Positions 1 to 9,157 of a stretch of 53,888 nucleotides of DNA are shown piece after piece. The notes below the pieces were generated by a model. The model made no database searches and was not told the DNA's origin. It saw only the letters and a program-made list of their open reading frames with translations. Both the position numbers and the translations under genes were made by a program. Source of the stretch: Flavobacteriales bacterium (GTDB lineage: Bacteria; Bacteroidota; Bacteroidia; Flavobacteriales; Flavobacteriaceae); the NCBI GenBank assembly GCA_003232435.1, contig QIJL01000618.1, positions 1-53,888 of the forward strand. The letters are read 5' to 3'. Each line of letters starts with the position of its first letter. Position 1 is the first letter of the stretch.

Positions 1-1172
1 ATCGGAAAAGTAAAGTCCGTTCTCTTCCCAACTGGTTTCAAAACGACACATCAGATTCAAAATATGTTTTCGTACGATTCGGTCTTCCTCCGTTAATATA
101 TGTCCACGGTAAATGGGAATGATATCGTTCTCGACCAGGTGTTGGTACTCTTCAAGACTTTTGACATTCTGTGCAAAGCTATACCAACTATCACTAATGC
201 TAGAGGCGCCGAGACCCACCATCACTTGGGTCTTTGAGGCCGTATAGCCCATGAAGTTGCGGTGCAATTTGTTTGTGGCCATCGATGTATATAAGCTGTC
301 GGGCTCCATTGCGAAATGATCCATTCCTATTTCATGATAACCGACTTCGGCCAATAGTTGTTTCCCTTTTTCGCATTGCTTCCTTTTTTCATCGAATCGG
401 CATCTTTATATCCCCTTTGACCATTTCCTTTCAACCAAGGTACGTGCGCATAACTATAAAAAGCCAATCGGTCGGGCATCAGTTCTTTGGTCTTCAAAAT
501 TGTTTCTTCGACATGATCTAAAGTTTGATGTGGCAATCCGAAAATAATATCGTGGCCTACTGAAGTATAGCCAATTTCACGGGCGATATCGGTAACAGCC
601 TTTACACTTTCGAAGGATTGTATGCGATGAATCGCTTTTTGTACCGTCTCGTTATACTCTTGCACACCATAACTAACCCTTCTGAAACCAGCATCGTACA
701 AGACCTGCAAATGCTCTCTGGTAGTATTGTTCGGGTGGCCTTCAAAACTGAACTCATGATCTTCGGCCCTTTTGGCCCTTTTGAATATACCGTCGATCAG
801 AAACTTCAGATTTCGGGGCGTAAAGAAAGTCGGTGTACCTCCACCCAAGTGCAGTTCCCTGATTATTGGTTTTTGGGAAAAAAGTTCGCAATACAGTTTC
901 CATTCCTTCAAGACCGATTTGATATACGGAACCTCAACATCGTGCCTTTTCGTGATTCGTTTATGACAACCACAAAATGTACACATACTTTCACAAAAAG
1001 GAAGGTGTATATAAAGACTTATACCCTCTGTCGAGTTGCTTTCATCAAAACTTTGCTTGAGGGTGCTTTTCCAATTCTTGCCCGAGAAGGTCTGCATATT
1101 CCAATACGGAACGGTAGGGTAACTTGTATAACGAGGACCTGGAATATCGTACTTCTGAACTAAGGTACACAT
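1..1172 (-). pseudogene. hemN: Oxygen-independent coproporphyrinogen III oxidase (radical SAM), frameshifted near 395; runs off the window start
   Basis: ORF 327..1208 has PGPRYTSYP, YIHLPFC, CxxxCxxC (CESMCTFC) and HLGGGTP. After GYKDAD the HemN sequence continues in another frame (DEKRKQCEKGKQLLAEVGYHEIGMDHFA...LHRNFMGY...GLGASSIS). ATG 1172 chosen because a TAnnTTTG promoter lies just upstream. Confidence 0.9.
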
Positions 1173-1193
1173 AGAATGTAGTTTGCTTTGATA

Positions 1194-1236
1194 CAAACTT
1201 AAGGGCACTTTAGGGCAATAAATATGATAAATGTCA
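1194..1236 (-). promoter_or_regulatory. Bacteroidota -7 promoter (TAAGTTTG, 1201-1194) with upstream imperfect palindrome TGATAAATGTCA (1225-1236), possible Crp/Fnr-family site
   Basis: Matches the TAnnTTTG consensus. A TGA-N6-TCA dyad upstream of an anaerobic heme gene fits Crp/Fnr control (inference). Confidence 0.5.
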
Positions 1237-1328
1237 GGTGTGAGCCTAGTTCATTGGTCACAATCGTTAGTTGAAACTATGCAAGCCAGTTGGCGGATTC
1301 TAAAACACTTATCGTTTCTTTTTGGCCA

Positions 1329-1389
1329 GAAGCCCGAAGTGGGAAGTTGGGAGGCGATCGCTTCCGGCTTCGAACTTCCGTCTTCCGAC
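1329..1389. repeat. Inverted arrays of ~7-nt repeats (GAAG-rich then CTTC-rich) forming a hairpin
   Basis: gaagcccgaagtgggaagttgggagg ... cttccggcttcgaacttccgtcttccgac. Confidence 0.55.
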
Positions 1390-1473
1390 AAAAATGGATA
1401 TTTAAAAAAAAGAAAATCATTCGTAAAAAAACCTGCTGGCAGACAGGTCTATGTACTTGCAGTGCATAGTGGT

Positions 1474-3078
1474 TTAGTAATCCCTCGGCATATTTGTTTT
1501 CTTCAATTCATTGCCATCGCCATCTAAGATATAGGGTTCGAAATCACCGTCGTTCACCCACCCGGCCTTTGGCTTTTCACCATTCATGAATTGCTTATAA
1601 AAGTCTCGTCCGCGACCTTTTATAAAAGGCGCTTTTTCATATAAATGTCCGAAACCGGTCATCCGCAGGTCGCCTTGAGCCAAAAGTTTAGCTTCCATTT
1701 CATTTTTAAGGGCTTCCTTTTTTTCTGAAAAGGCGGGATCTACAGCTAGATTGTTAATGCAAAAAGGATCTTTAGCGATATCATATAATTCTTCTTCCAC
1801 TCTTTTTCCGAAATTCGTTTTCCAGAATTTTTCATCCCCATCCCTCCTGAGATTCAAGATTTCGGTCTTCGTTGGGCTTCCATCCGTATTCAAATATCCA
1901 GTCTCCGGGTTTCCCTTGGGCCATCTGTCAATCTCATAATTCTTGACGTACAGCATATTGTTTTTATGAATTGCCCGGATAGGATACCCCACATCGTCAG
2001 GTCGACCGGTATCGTGCCGCTCTTTGCCAACAAGTACAAAATCACGATCCTCTTCTATTTGTCCTGATTTCTCGGAAGTAATGATGTTCATCAAACTTTT
2101 TCCGGTCGCTGGATGCATTCCTGAGGATTTCCAGTCAACCCCTGCGGCATCCAAAAAAGTCGGTGACAGATCGATAAAGCTGATATAATCATCCACAACC
2201 CTTCCTTTGGCCTTCATTTTATCCTTCCAAAGAATGGCCATGGGAATATGGTTGGAGTTTTCATATTGATCGCCCTTTACTCTGGGGAAAGGCATACCGT
2301 GATCCGAGGTCGCAATGATCAAAGTGTTTTCCAGAAGGTTTTCTTCCTTTAAAGTCTTCATGATCTTTTGAATGTGCTTGTCGAAATCCTCGATTTCGTA
2401 GGCATAATCGAGCAAATCGTTGCGTGTAACTTCATTATCCGGCCAATAGGGCGGAAATTCCTTGATCATATCTTCGGTCTTCCCTCCTAATTTTTTTCCA
2501 GAACCATATTCATATGCACGGTGCGGCTCAATACTACCGACCCAAAAACTCCAAGGTTGCCCCTCAGGGGCTTTATTTAAAAAATCCTTGAAATTGGCGC
2601 TGTAATCGTTGGTAGCAATAAATTCTGTCGCCGGGATCAAAGTCTTTTCATTGAATGCCGGCCCTACGACTTCTCGTTGTGTGCCATCTTCATGCAAAGT
2701 CAGTGCCGGACCATAGCCTTTTTGGGTATGGCCGGTCGTATATCCATTTTCCAATAATACTTCTTGATAGGTCTTGAACTTTGACGGAAAATAAATCACA
2801 TGGTTCGCCGCCGCGTCCAATTGCCATGAATTTCTTCCTGTAATAATAGAAGCTCTTGAAGGCGCACATTTCGCATTGGGGGTATAGGCCCGATTGAACA
2901 GTATCCCTTCTTTTGCGATGGCGTCAAAACCAGGGGTGTTCACATAAGTGCTTCCGTAGGCGCTCATGTCTAAACCGGCATCATCGAATATGATGACCAA
3001 GATGTTAGGTCGTTCTTGGGCGAATGAAGACCCTGAGAACAATAAAAACATCCAGCAAGAAAATATCCTGTATTTCAT
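1474..3078 (-). CDS. Formylglycine-dependent sulfatase (S1), secreted
   Basis: Signal peptide, PNILVIIFDD, CAPSR motif, SDHG. Confidence 0.93.
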   Translation of the reverse strand: MKYRIFSCWMFLLFSGSSFAQERPNILVIIFDDAGLDMSAYGSTYVNTPGFDAIAKEGILFNRAYTPNAKCAPSRASIITGRNSWQLDAAANHVIYFPSKFKTYQEVLLENGYTTGHTQKGYGPALTLHEDGTQREVVGPAFNEKTLIPATEFIATNDYSANFKDFLNKAPEGQPWSFWVGSIEPHRAYEYGSGKKLGGKTEDMIKEFPPYWPDNEVTRNDLLDYAYEIEDFDKHIQKIMKTLKEENLLENTLIIATSDHGMPFPRVKGDQYENSNHIPMAILWKDKMKAKGRVVDDYISFIDLSPTFLDAAGVDWKSSGMHPATGKSLMNIITSEKSGQIEEDRDFVLVGKERHDTGRPDDVGYPIRAIHKNNMLYVKNYEIDRWPKGNPETGYLNTDGSPTKTEILNLRRDGDEKFWKTNFGKRVEEELYDIAKDPFCINNLAVDPAFSEKKEALKNEMEAKLLAQGDLRMTGFGHLYEKAPFIKGRGRDFYKQFMNGEKPKAGWVNDGDFEPYILDGDGNELKKTNMPRDY

Positions 3079-3220
3079 ATGGTTATAAATTATCTGCTTG
3101 AATTTATAAAAATCTTCGCAGATGTTATGAAATATATACGTTTAAAAGAATATACCCGTTGATTACGAGAGCAATTTCTCTTCAAAAACCTATTTTTGCA
3201 ATACTTAAACAAAATAACAC

Positions 3221-4090
3221 ATGACCTTACTTTTAATGGCCGCAGGTAGCGGTAGCCGATACGGTAAACTGAAACAATTCGATGACCTGGGCCCCAATGG
3301 GGAATTCTTGATGGAATTCGGGATATACGATGCGATTAAAAACGGCTTTGAACATATTGTTGCAATTACCAAAAAGGAGCACGTCTCTTTTTTACACGAT
3401 CATTTGCGCCCTAGATTGCCAGAAAATATAAAGTTAGATGTATTGGCTCAAGAGGTAACCGATCTTCCCGAGGGGTGCAGTTTTTCAGGAGAGCGCCCAA
3501 AACCTTGGGGTACCGCACATGCGGTATGGGCCGCCAGAAACGTAATCAACGGACCTTTTGTGGCGTTGAACGCAGATGATTTTTACGGACAGTCAGCTTA
3601 CGAAAACGCTGCCAATTTCATTCGCGAACACCGAAACGATAACAGCTATGCCCTTGTGGGGTATACTTTAAAAGATACTCTTTCGGTGCATGGATCCGTT
3701 TCACGTGGAGTATGCCAAGTTGATGGAGACAATTTGGTATCGGTAGATGAGCACTTGAAATTGGTGCCAAAGGATGATGGCGTTTATGACGAAGGCTCTG
3801 GAAATATGTACACCGGCGACGAGCAGGTAAGCATGAACTTTTGGGTGTGCAAACCTTCGATATTCGAGAAAATAGAAAGTGAGTTCAGGGGGTTTCTTGC
3901 CAATGAGGAACTAGCAAAAACAAGTGAACTTTATATTCCTAAAATGATTCAAGAAATGTTGCAGGCCGATGAAATCGAGGTGAAAGTGGTTCCCTCAGGT
4001 GGCGATTGGTTCGGGGTCACTTACTCAAGCGATCGTGAAGTAGCAACGGATGCCGGAAAATACATCGCCCCCCTTTGGACTAAAGGATGA
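3221..4090 (+). CDS. Sugar-1-phosphate nucleotidyltransferase (MurU-like)
   Basis: LLMAAGSGSRYG, KPWGTAHA, NADDFYG, WFGVTY. TATTTTTG promoter near 3191. Confidence 0.88.
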   Translation: MTLLLMAAGSGSRYGKLKQFDDLGPNGEFLMEFGIYDAIKNGFEHIVAITKKEHVSFLHDHLRPRLPENIKLDVLAQEVTDLPEGCSFSGERPKPWGTAHAVWAARNVINGPFVALNADDFYGQSAYENAANFIREHRNDNSYALVGYTLKDTLSVHGSVSRGVCQVDGDNLVSVDEHLKLVPKDDGVYDEGSGNMYTGDEQVSMNFWVCKPSIFEKIESEFRGFLANEELAKTSELYIPKMIQEMLQADEIEVKVVPSGGDWFGVTYSSDREVATDAGKYIAPLWTKG

Positions 4091-5160
4091 GAACTTTCCC
4101 CGACGACATACTTAAAAATCTTTTGGTCAATTTTTCGGTAGCCGAAAAAGACTATTCGTTTCGACCTTTAACAGACGGATTTATAAACGATACTTTTTTG
4201 GTTTTGTCCGATAACCGACCCATTTATATTCTACAGCGAATCAATCATCTTGTATTTCAGAATGTCGAGGGTTTGATGAACAATGTTCAAAATGCCCTGC
4301 AATATCTAGAAGATGTCGACTATCATAAAATCACCTTGGTCAAAACGCGATCCGGACTTCGATTTTTTAAGGATAATGAAGGAGAAACTGCCTACTGGCG
4401 TTTGATGAACTACATTGATGAAAGTACGGCTTACAATACCACGGAAAGCACGGATATCGCTTTTGAGGCCGGTAGGATCATCGGGAAGTTTCATCTACTC
4501 TTAGCAGATGCCAAAGTTGACAACTATATCGATACCATACCGCGGTTTCACGATTTGGAATTGCGTAAAAATCAATTTGAAGAAGCTCTGAAAAATGCTG
4601 ATCCCGAGAAAAAGGAAATAGCAAAGAACGACTTGACATTTGCTATTGAAACCTTGACCAAACTTGAGAGCATGAAAGTTAGAGACCTGCCGCTTCGTGT
4701 TTGTCACAATGATACCAAACTCAACAACATTCTCTTTTCAAAAAAGACCGACAAGGCACTTTGCCTTATCGATTTGGATACGATCATGAAAGGGAATTTT
4801 CATTTTGATTTCGGGGATGCAATACGGACCATAGTCAATACGGCGCCCGAGGATGAACAAGAACACAGTAAGATCACTTTTAAAAAGCCTTTGTTCGAAG
4901 CCTTTGTTAGTGGAATAGCTTCCAACAAATCTTTTCTTTCCCAAGAGGAAATAAATGCACTTCCGTTAGGGGCGATTTTGATGCCTTTTTTACATGGGAT
5001 TCGGGCCCTGACCGACTACCTCAATAATAATATTTACTACAAAGTCGCCTACGAAAACCAAAATTTAGACCGTAGCAGAAGTTTGTTCGATTTTACGCAC
5101 AAAGCACTGCAAAACCTTGATTTTATGAAAGAGGTCACGGCGCAAAAGCTCAAACAATAG
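4087..5160 (+). CDS. APH-fold sugar kinase (N-acetylhexosamine 1-kinase/AmgK-like)
   Basis: GFINDTF, LQRIN, HNDTKLNN, CLIDLDT, DFGDAIR. ATGA overlap with the upstream gene. Confidence 0.85.
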   Translation: MRTFPDDILKNLLVNFSVAEKDYSFRPLTDGFINDTFLVLSDNRPIYILQRINHLVFQNVEGLMNNVQNALQYLEDVDYHKITLVKTRSGLRFFKDNEGETAYWRLMNYIDESTAYNTTESTDIAFEAGRIIGKFHLLLADAKVDNYIDTIPRFHDLELRKNQFEEALKNADPEKKEIAKNDLTFAIETLTKLESMKVRDLPLRVCHNDTKLNNILFSKKTDKALCLIDLDTIMKGNFHFDFGDAIRTIVNTAPEDEQEHSKITFKKPLFEAFVSGIASNKSFLSQEEINALPLGAILMPFLHGIRALTDYLNNNIYYKVAYENQNLDRSRSLFDFTHKALQNLDFMKEVTAQKLKQ

Positions 5161-5195
5161 TATCTTTTATTTGAACTTTTAATAGGAGGTTTAGT

Positions 5196-5420
5196 TCATT
5201 CCATAATTTCGTAGTCTATACTTAGTTTTCGCAAAGCTCTTAAAGCAGAACCCGATTTTCTATCTTCCATCTCAATATCTACAGCGTCTCCTTCTAAGAG
5301 TATATCTGTAAGTTCATTCGACAAGGATTCATCAATGTTAGATGAAATCTCTGCAATACATTTGGCTATCGCTCTTCTATCTGGCCTCTGAGCATCACAA
5401 GACAATAAGTTTAATTTCAT
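5196..5420 (-). CDS. Small hypothetical protein (74 aa)
   Basis: Clean ATG-started ORF with protein-like composition. Confidence 0.65.
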   Translation of the reverse strand: MKLNLLSCDAQRPDRRAIAKCIAEISSNIDESLSNELTDILLEGDAVDIEMEDRKSGSALRALRKLSIDYEIME

Positions 5421-5495
5421 AATAATTTATTAATGCAATTTACTAGAGTTGGGATAAGTCTGGATTAAACTTACACCATTATTTATTTTAAAGAC

Positions 5496-5628
5496 GCACA
5501 ACGTGTTTGTATAAGAATAGTAGCCGATTGCGGATGTAGATTTTTTCAATTTAATTCTAAAGTTGATGCGGACTATAATGTTTATATTTGCTACAATTTT
5601 CGGCTATTATTTTTATCCCGTGTTGTGG
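5496..5628 (-). repeat. attC-like imperfect inverted repeat (133 bp)
   Basis: Minus strand: CCACAAC-acggg-ATAAAATAATAGCCGA ... TCGGCTACTATTCTTAT-acaaacac-GTTGTGC. Starts directly after the stop codon of 5629..6168. Confidence 0.7.
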
Positions 5629-6168
5629 TTAGTGATTTAATTTATCTAGCCATAATTCCTCCCTCCAATCAGTTACGGTTTTGATTAATTCAGTTAAATT
5701 CCACGTTTCAGTGTAGTAGTCTAATCCTTTAAATATGGGAGAATTCGTAATGTCAATTTCTTTATCAAATTGCAAATTACAATCTCTTAAAATATTTGCA
5801 GTACTATTTCTTAATTCCTTGTGATCATCTTTATGTTTGAAATAATTTGCAATACCCACAATTAATTCAACATCAGTTCTATTCGAGTTTTTAATTAATG
5901 TTCCAAATTTATATTTCTCATATTGTTTGTCTAATGTTTCAAATCGGTCATAAATACTACTGTTAATATAATTTTGTAAGGCAATAAATGCCAAGCCAAT
6001 TATTGGTTCTGCTTCTTCCAAAAACCAAAGTCCGTCATACCAATCAATTTCTTTTAATTTTTTATTTAATTCTAAGATTGATTTTTCAAGACCATCAACA
6101 GTCAAGGTTAAACTTTCAAGTCTAAAGTCGTGTCTTTTCCAATGTGTTTTAGTCATTAAATTATCCAA
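5629..6168 (-). CDS. AT-rich hypothetical protein (179 aa), putative cassette gene
   Basis: Intact ORF with TTG start, visibly more AT-rich than flanking genes. Contains ANYFKH. Confidence 0.75.
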   Translation of the reverse strand: MDNLMTKTHWKRHDFRLESLTLTVDGLEKSILELNKKLKEIDWYDGLWFLEEAEPIIGLAFIALQNYINSSIYDRFETLDKQYEKYKFGTLIKNSNRTDVELIVGIANYFKHKDDHKELRNSTANILRDCNLQFDKEIDITNSPIFKGLDYYTETWNLTELIKTVTDWREELWLDKLNH

Positions 6169-6190
6169 TATTTAGATTTTCTTGCATTAA

Positions 6191-6229
6191 ACACAACAAT
6201 TAAATATAAACCATTAATGGTTTATATTT
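6191..6229. other. GTT core site (GTTGTGT on minus, 6197-6191) next to a perfect 28-bp palindrome (6202-6229); attI-like candidate
   Basis: AAATATAAACCATTAATGGTTTATATTT is its own reverse complement. Confidence 0.55.
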
Positions 6230-6254
6230 CTTTTGTAAGTGAAATTGAATCATC

Positions 6255-6294
6255 CTTTATTTGAACTTTATTTGAACTTTATTTGAACTTTATT
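6255..6294. repeat. Tandem repeat, 3.6 copies of CTTTATTTGAA
   Basis: Read directly. One further copy (TTTATTTGAACTTT) at 5166-5179. Confidence 0.9.
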
Positions 6295-6646
6295 CCAAGA
6301 ACCTAATCAAATCCCGCCCACCATATAAAACTCTAACAATACGCAGTTTGCCTTTAAGTTTGCGGTAAAATATAATATGTGAAATGTAAGGCAGACTATA
6401 CAGGCCTTTTTTGATGTCGTTCCTCTCTCGACCGATATCAGGGTTATCACTTAATTTTTCAATTTCAATATATTAACTTTTTTTCCCAACACTGATTAGT
6501 TACAAAAAAAGTTTAGGAATTTAAGCTATTCTGACGACTAATTACTGACCACTGTTGCGAAGTATTATTAACTCATTAAAACATTGAACAACACACTTCG
6601 GCAGGCTCAGTGCACCGCTTCGGCCGAACAGTTACAATTAAGTATA

Positions 6647-7825
6647 CTATTCTTGCACTCCGAATTTATAAGTACAGCTTGAATTGTAAATCTCCCCAGG
6701 TTCTAGAACAGTACTGGGGAAATCGGGTTTGTTCGGAGAATCAGGAAAATGCTGCGTCTCTAAACAAAAAGTGCCCCGGAAGACATAAGGTTTTCCAGCC
6801 TTCCCTGTATAAGATCCATCCATGAAATTGCCGGTATAGAATTGAATTCCAGGTTCGTTGGTATAGACTTCCATTGTTCTTCCACTTTTGGGGTCTATTA
6901 CTTTTGCCGCCAAGGCCAGTCCATCTTCATTTAAGGGTTCTTTGTTCAGCACAAAGTTGTGATCGTATCCTTTTCCGAATTTTATTTGCTCGGTATCCGT
7001 TTCGATATCTTGACCGATTGGTTTGGCCTCTCGAAAGTCAAATGGAGTTCCTTCAACCTTCCTGATTTCCCCGGTCGGGATCAACCCTTCATCAACCGGG
7101 GTAAAGGCATCTGCATTGATCATCGTTATATGATCGGCGATACTGCCACTGGCCTCTCCTCCTAAATTAAAAAAAGAATGATGGGTTAAATTTACCACCG
7201 TGGTTTTATCTGTCGTCGCTTGATAATCGATCTTCAATTCGTTGTCATCGGTCAGGCGATAGCTTACAGTTACCTTGAGATTACCTGGAAAGCCCTCTTC
7301 CATATCGGGCGAGGTTCTCGAAAAGATTATAGATTCATCTGAATGCTGGTCTACATGCCAGACCACAGCATTGAAACCCTTATTTCCGCCATGCAGATGA
7401 TTGCCATTGTTGTTTTTCGCCAGCGAATATTTTGTGCCGTTCAACTCGTATTCCCCTTTACCGATTCTATTGCTATAACGGCCGATTACCGATCCGAAAT
7501 AAGCTCCGCCAGGGGTCATAAACCCGTCCAGATTCGAGGGCCCAAGAACTACATCATCAAATTCGCCGTTTTTGTCTGGCACGTATAATGAAATCAGACG
7601 TTGCCCAAAATTGGTAAAAGTAATCTCAACGCCGTTTGCATTGATCAATGTATAGAACTTGGTTTGTTTTCCATCGATCTCCCTTTCAAAATCAGAAGGA
7701 TCGAGACCGTGCAAACTTTTGGTGGCTTCCGTCTGAGGAACCTCTTCTTTATCAGCGGATTTTTTACCCTCCTTACAAGAATATAGAACCAACATTATAC
7801 ACAAGACCGAAATAAAACTTTTCAT
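6647..7825 (-). CDS. galM: Aldose 1-epimerase (mutarotase), lipoprotein
   Basis: GRYSNRI, HLHGG, NLTHHSFFNL, GYDHNF, CLETQHFPDSPN. Start MKSF gives a lipobox LYSC. Confidence 0.93.
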   Translation of the reverse strand: MKSFISVLCIMLVLYSCKEGKKSADKEEVPQTEATKSLHGLDPSDFEREIDGKQTKFYTLINANGVEITFTNFGQRLISLYVPDKNGEFDDVVLGPSNLDGFMTPGGAYFGSVIGRYSNRIGKGEYELNGTKYSLAKNNNGNHLHGGNKGFNAVVWHVDQHSDESIIFSRTSPDMEEGFPGNLKVTVSYRLTDDNELKIDYQATTDKTTVVNLTHHSFFNLGGEASGSIADHITMINADAFTPVDEGLIPTGEIRKVEGTPFDFREAKPIGQDIETDTEQIKFGKGYDHNFVLNKEPLNEDGLALAAKVIDPKSGRTMEVYTNEPGIQFYTGNFMDGSYTGKAGKPYVFRGTFCLETQHFPDSPNKPDFPSTVLEPGEIYNSSCTYKFGVQE

Positions 7826-7856
7826 TTTTATCAAATTAGAAAGTGAAAATATAACA

Positions 7857-8705
7857 CTATTGATCTTTGCTTTTCTTGGCAGCATCGTTTACAAATTTAA
7901 CCAACATCGGAACGGCCGGATAGACCATATTATGTCCGTAACCATCCATCTCAAAAAGTGTAATATCTTCATGACCCACCACTTTCATCATACGATAGAA
8001 ATAAGCATTCTCCTCATAACGACCCAAAAGCTCGCGTTCTCGATCGCCGGTAATCAAAAGAATCGGCGGGGCATCTTTTCTAACATGAAATAAAGGTGCG
8101 TATTTGTCGATTGTCGGCTGGGTGCCCTCGATACCTTGCTCTTTTCGTACCGTAAAATGGGTAATGGTGTGCCCGCTAAAAGGAATCAGCCCCGCAATAT
8201 CATTGGCATCGATATTATGTTCTTGCAGGTAACTTTTATCCATGCCGACCATGCTTGCCAAGTAACCCCCGGCAGAATGGCCCGAAATAAAAATCGCATC
8301 TTTTCTGCCATTGTACTTTTCTATATTATTGAAGGCCCAAGCGACGGCCGCAGCTGCATCTTCAATATAGTCAGGTTGCTTGACTTTGGGGTACAATCGA
8401 TAATTCACGGTTACCACGATCAGTTTTTGCTCTAAAAGTCCTTCGGGAATGTTTTTGTTGCCCGCCGTAATTCCCCCACCGTGAAACCAAACAATAGTCG
8501 CGACATTTGAGGTATCTTTTGGATAGTACACATCTAACTTGCATCTTTCCGAAATATAGGTATCGGATTTATTTACCGAATCGGAATAATATTGAATATC
8601 TTTTTTCAGGATATAATCAATTTCCTGGGCAACTAGATCAATCCCACAAAAGGAAAAACAGAGGACTAATAGGAAAACTTTCTTCATGTCGGTTGTCTTT
8701 ATCAT
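7857..8705 (-). CDS. Alpha/beta-hydrolase esterase/lipase
   Basis: HGGG, GHSAG nucleophile motif, signal peptide. Confidence 0.88.
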   Translation of the reverse strand: MIKTTDMKKVFLLVLCFSFCGIDLVAQEIDYILKKDIQYYSDSVNKSDTYISERCKLDVYYPKDTSNVATIVWFHGGGITAGNKNIPEGLLEQKLIVVTVNYRLYPKVKQPDYIEDAAAAVAWAFNNIEKYNGRKDAIFISGHSAGGYLASMVGMDKSYLQEHNIDANDIAGLIPFSGHTITHFTVRKEQGIEGTQPTIDKYAPLFHVRKDAPPILLITGDRERELLGRYEENAYFYRMMKVVGHEDITLFEMDGYGHNMVYPAVPMLVKFVNDAAKKSKDQ

Positions 8706-8844
8706 AAAAATAAAGACTTATAAGTTACCAAAACAAGGTCTAACAAAAAATCCACAGAATTATAGCCCCTACCTTATTTTTTCTATAGTTTGTTGGTCGA
8801 TAGTAAAATGAAATTACCATTTGAACTGTTTTTGAACAAAATTG

Positions 8845-8875
8845 TTTGTGCAGTTGAATAAGCAATGTATATTTG
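8845..8875 (+). promoter_or_regulatory. Bacteroidota housekeeping promoter for tRNA-Asp
   Basis: TTTG (8845-8848), 19-nt spacer, TATATTTG (8868-8875). Confidence 0.8.
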
Positions 8876-8954
8876 CACACGCTTTGCAAAAAGCATTTGA
8901 ACAAGATTTGAATCCCGCTGTAGCGGGAGTCCGCCCAAAGCGAATAAAATCATT

Positions 8955-9028
8955 GGTCTGGTAGTTCAGTTGGTTAGAATACCTGCCTGTCACGCAGGGG
9001 GTCGCGGGTTCGAGTCCCGTCCAGACCG
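8955..9028 (+). tRNA. tRNA-Asp (GTC)
   Basis: Acceptor stem GGTCTGG/CCAGACC, anticodon arm CCTGC-CTGTCAC-GCAGG, T-loop GGTTCGAGTCC. CCA not encoded. Confidence 0.98.
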
Positions 9029-9040
9029 CTCAACAAAGAT

Positions 9041-9074
9041 AAGCCTTTCAATTTCTTGAAAGGCTTTTTCTTTT
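9041..9074 (+). terminator. Intrinsic terminator after tRNA-Asp
   Basis: AAGCCTTTCAA-tttc-TTGAAAGGCTT followed by a T-rich tract. Confidence 0.8.
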
Positions 9075-9157
9075 CTACAGGTACAACATAGGTACAACAA
9101 ACGGATCAAACGCTATTTTTTTACTTTTCAGTATCTTTAAACTTACACGGGGTTTCA

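Noticed and set aside
6255-6294. CRISPR array
   Set aside because: 11-bp head-to-tail repeats with no spacers; no repeat-spacer array or cas gene anywhere in the window.
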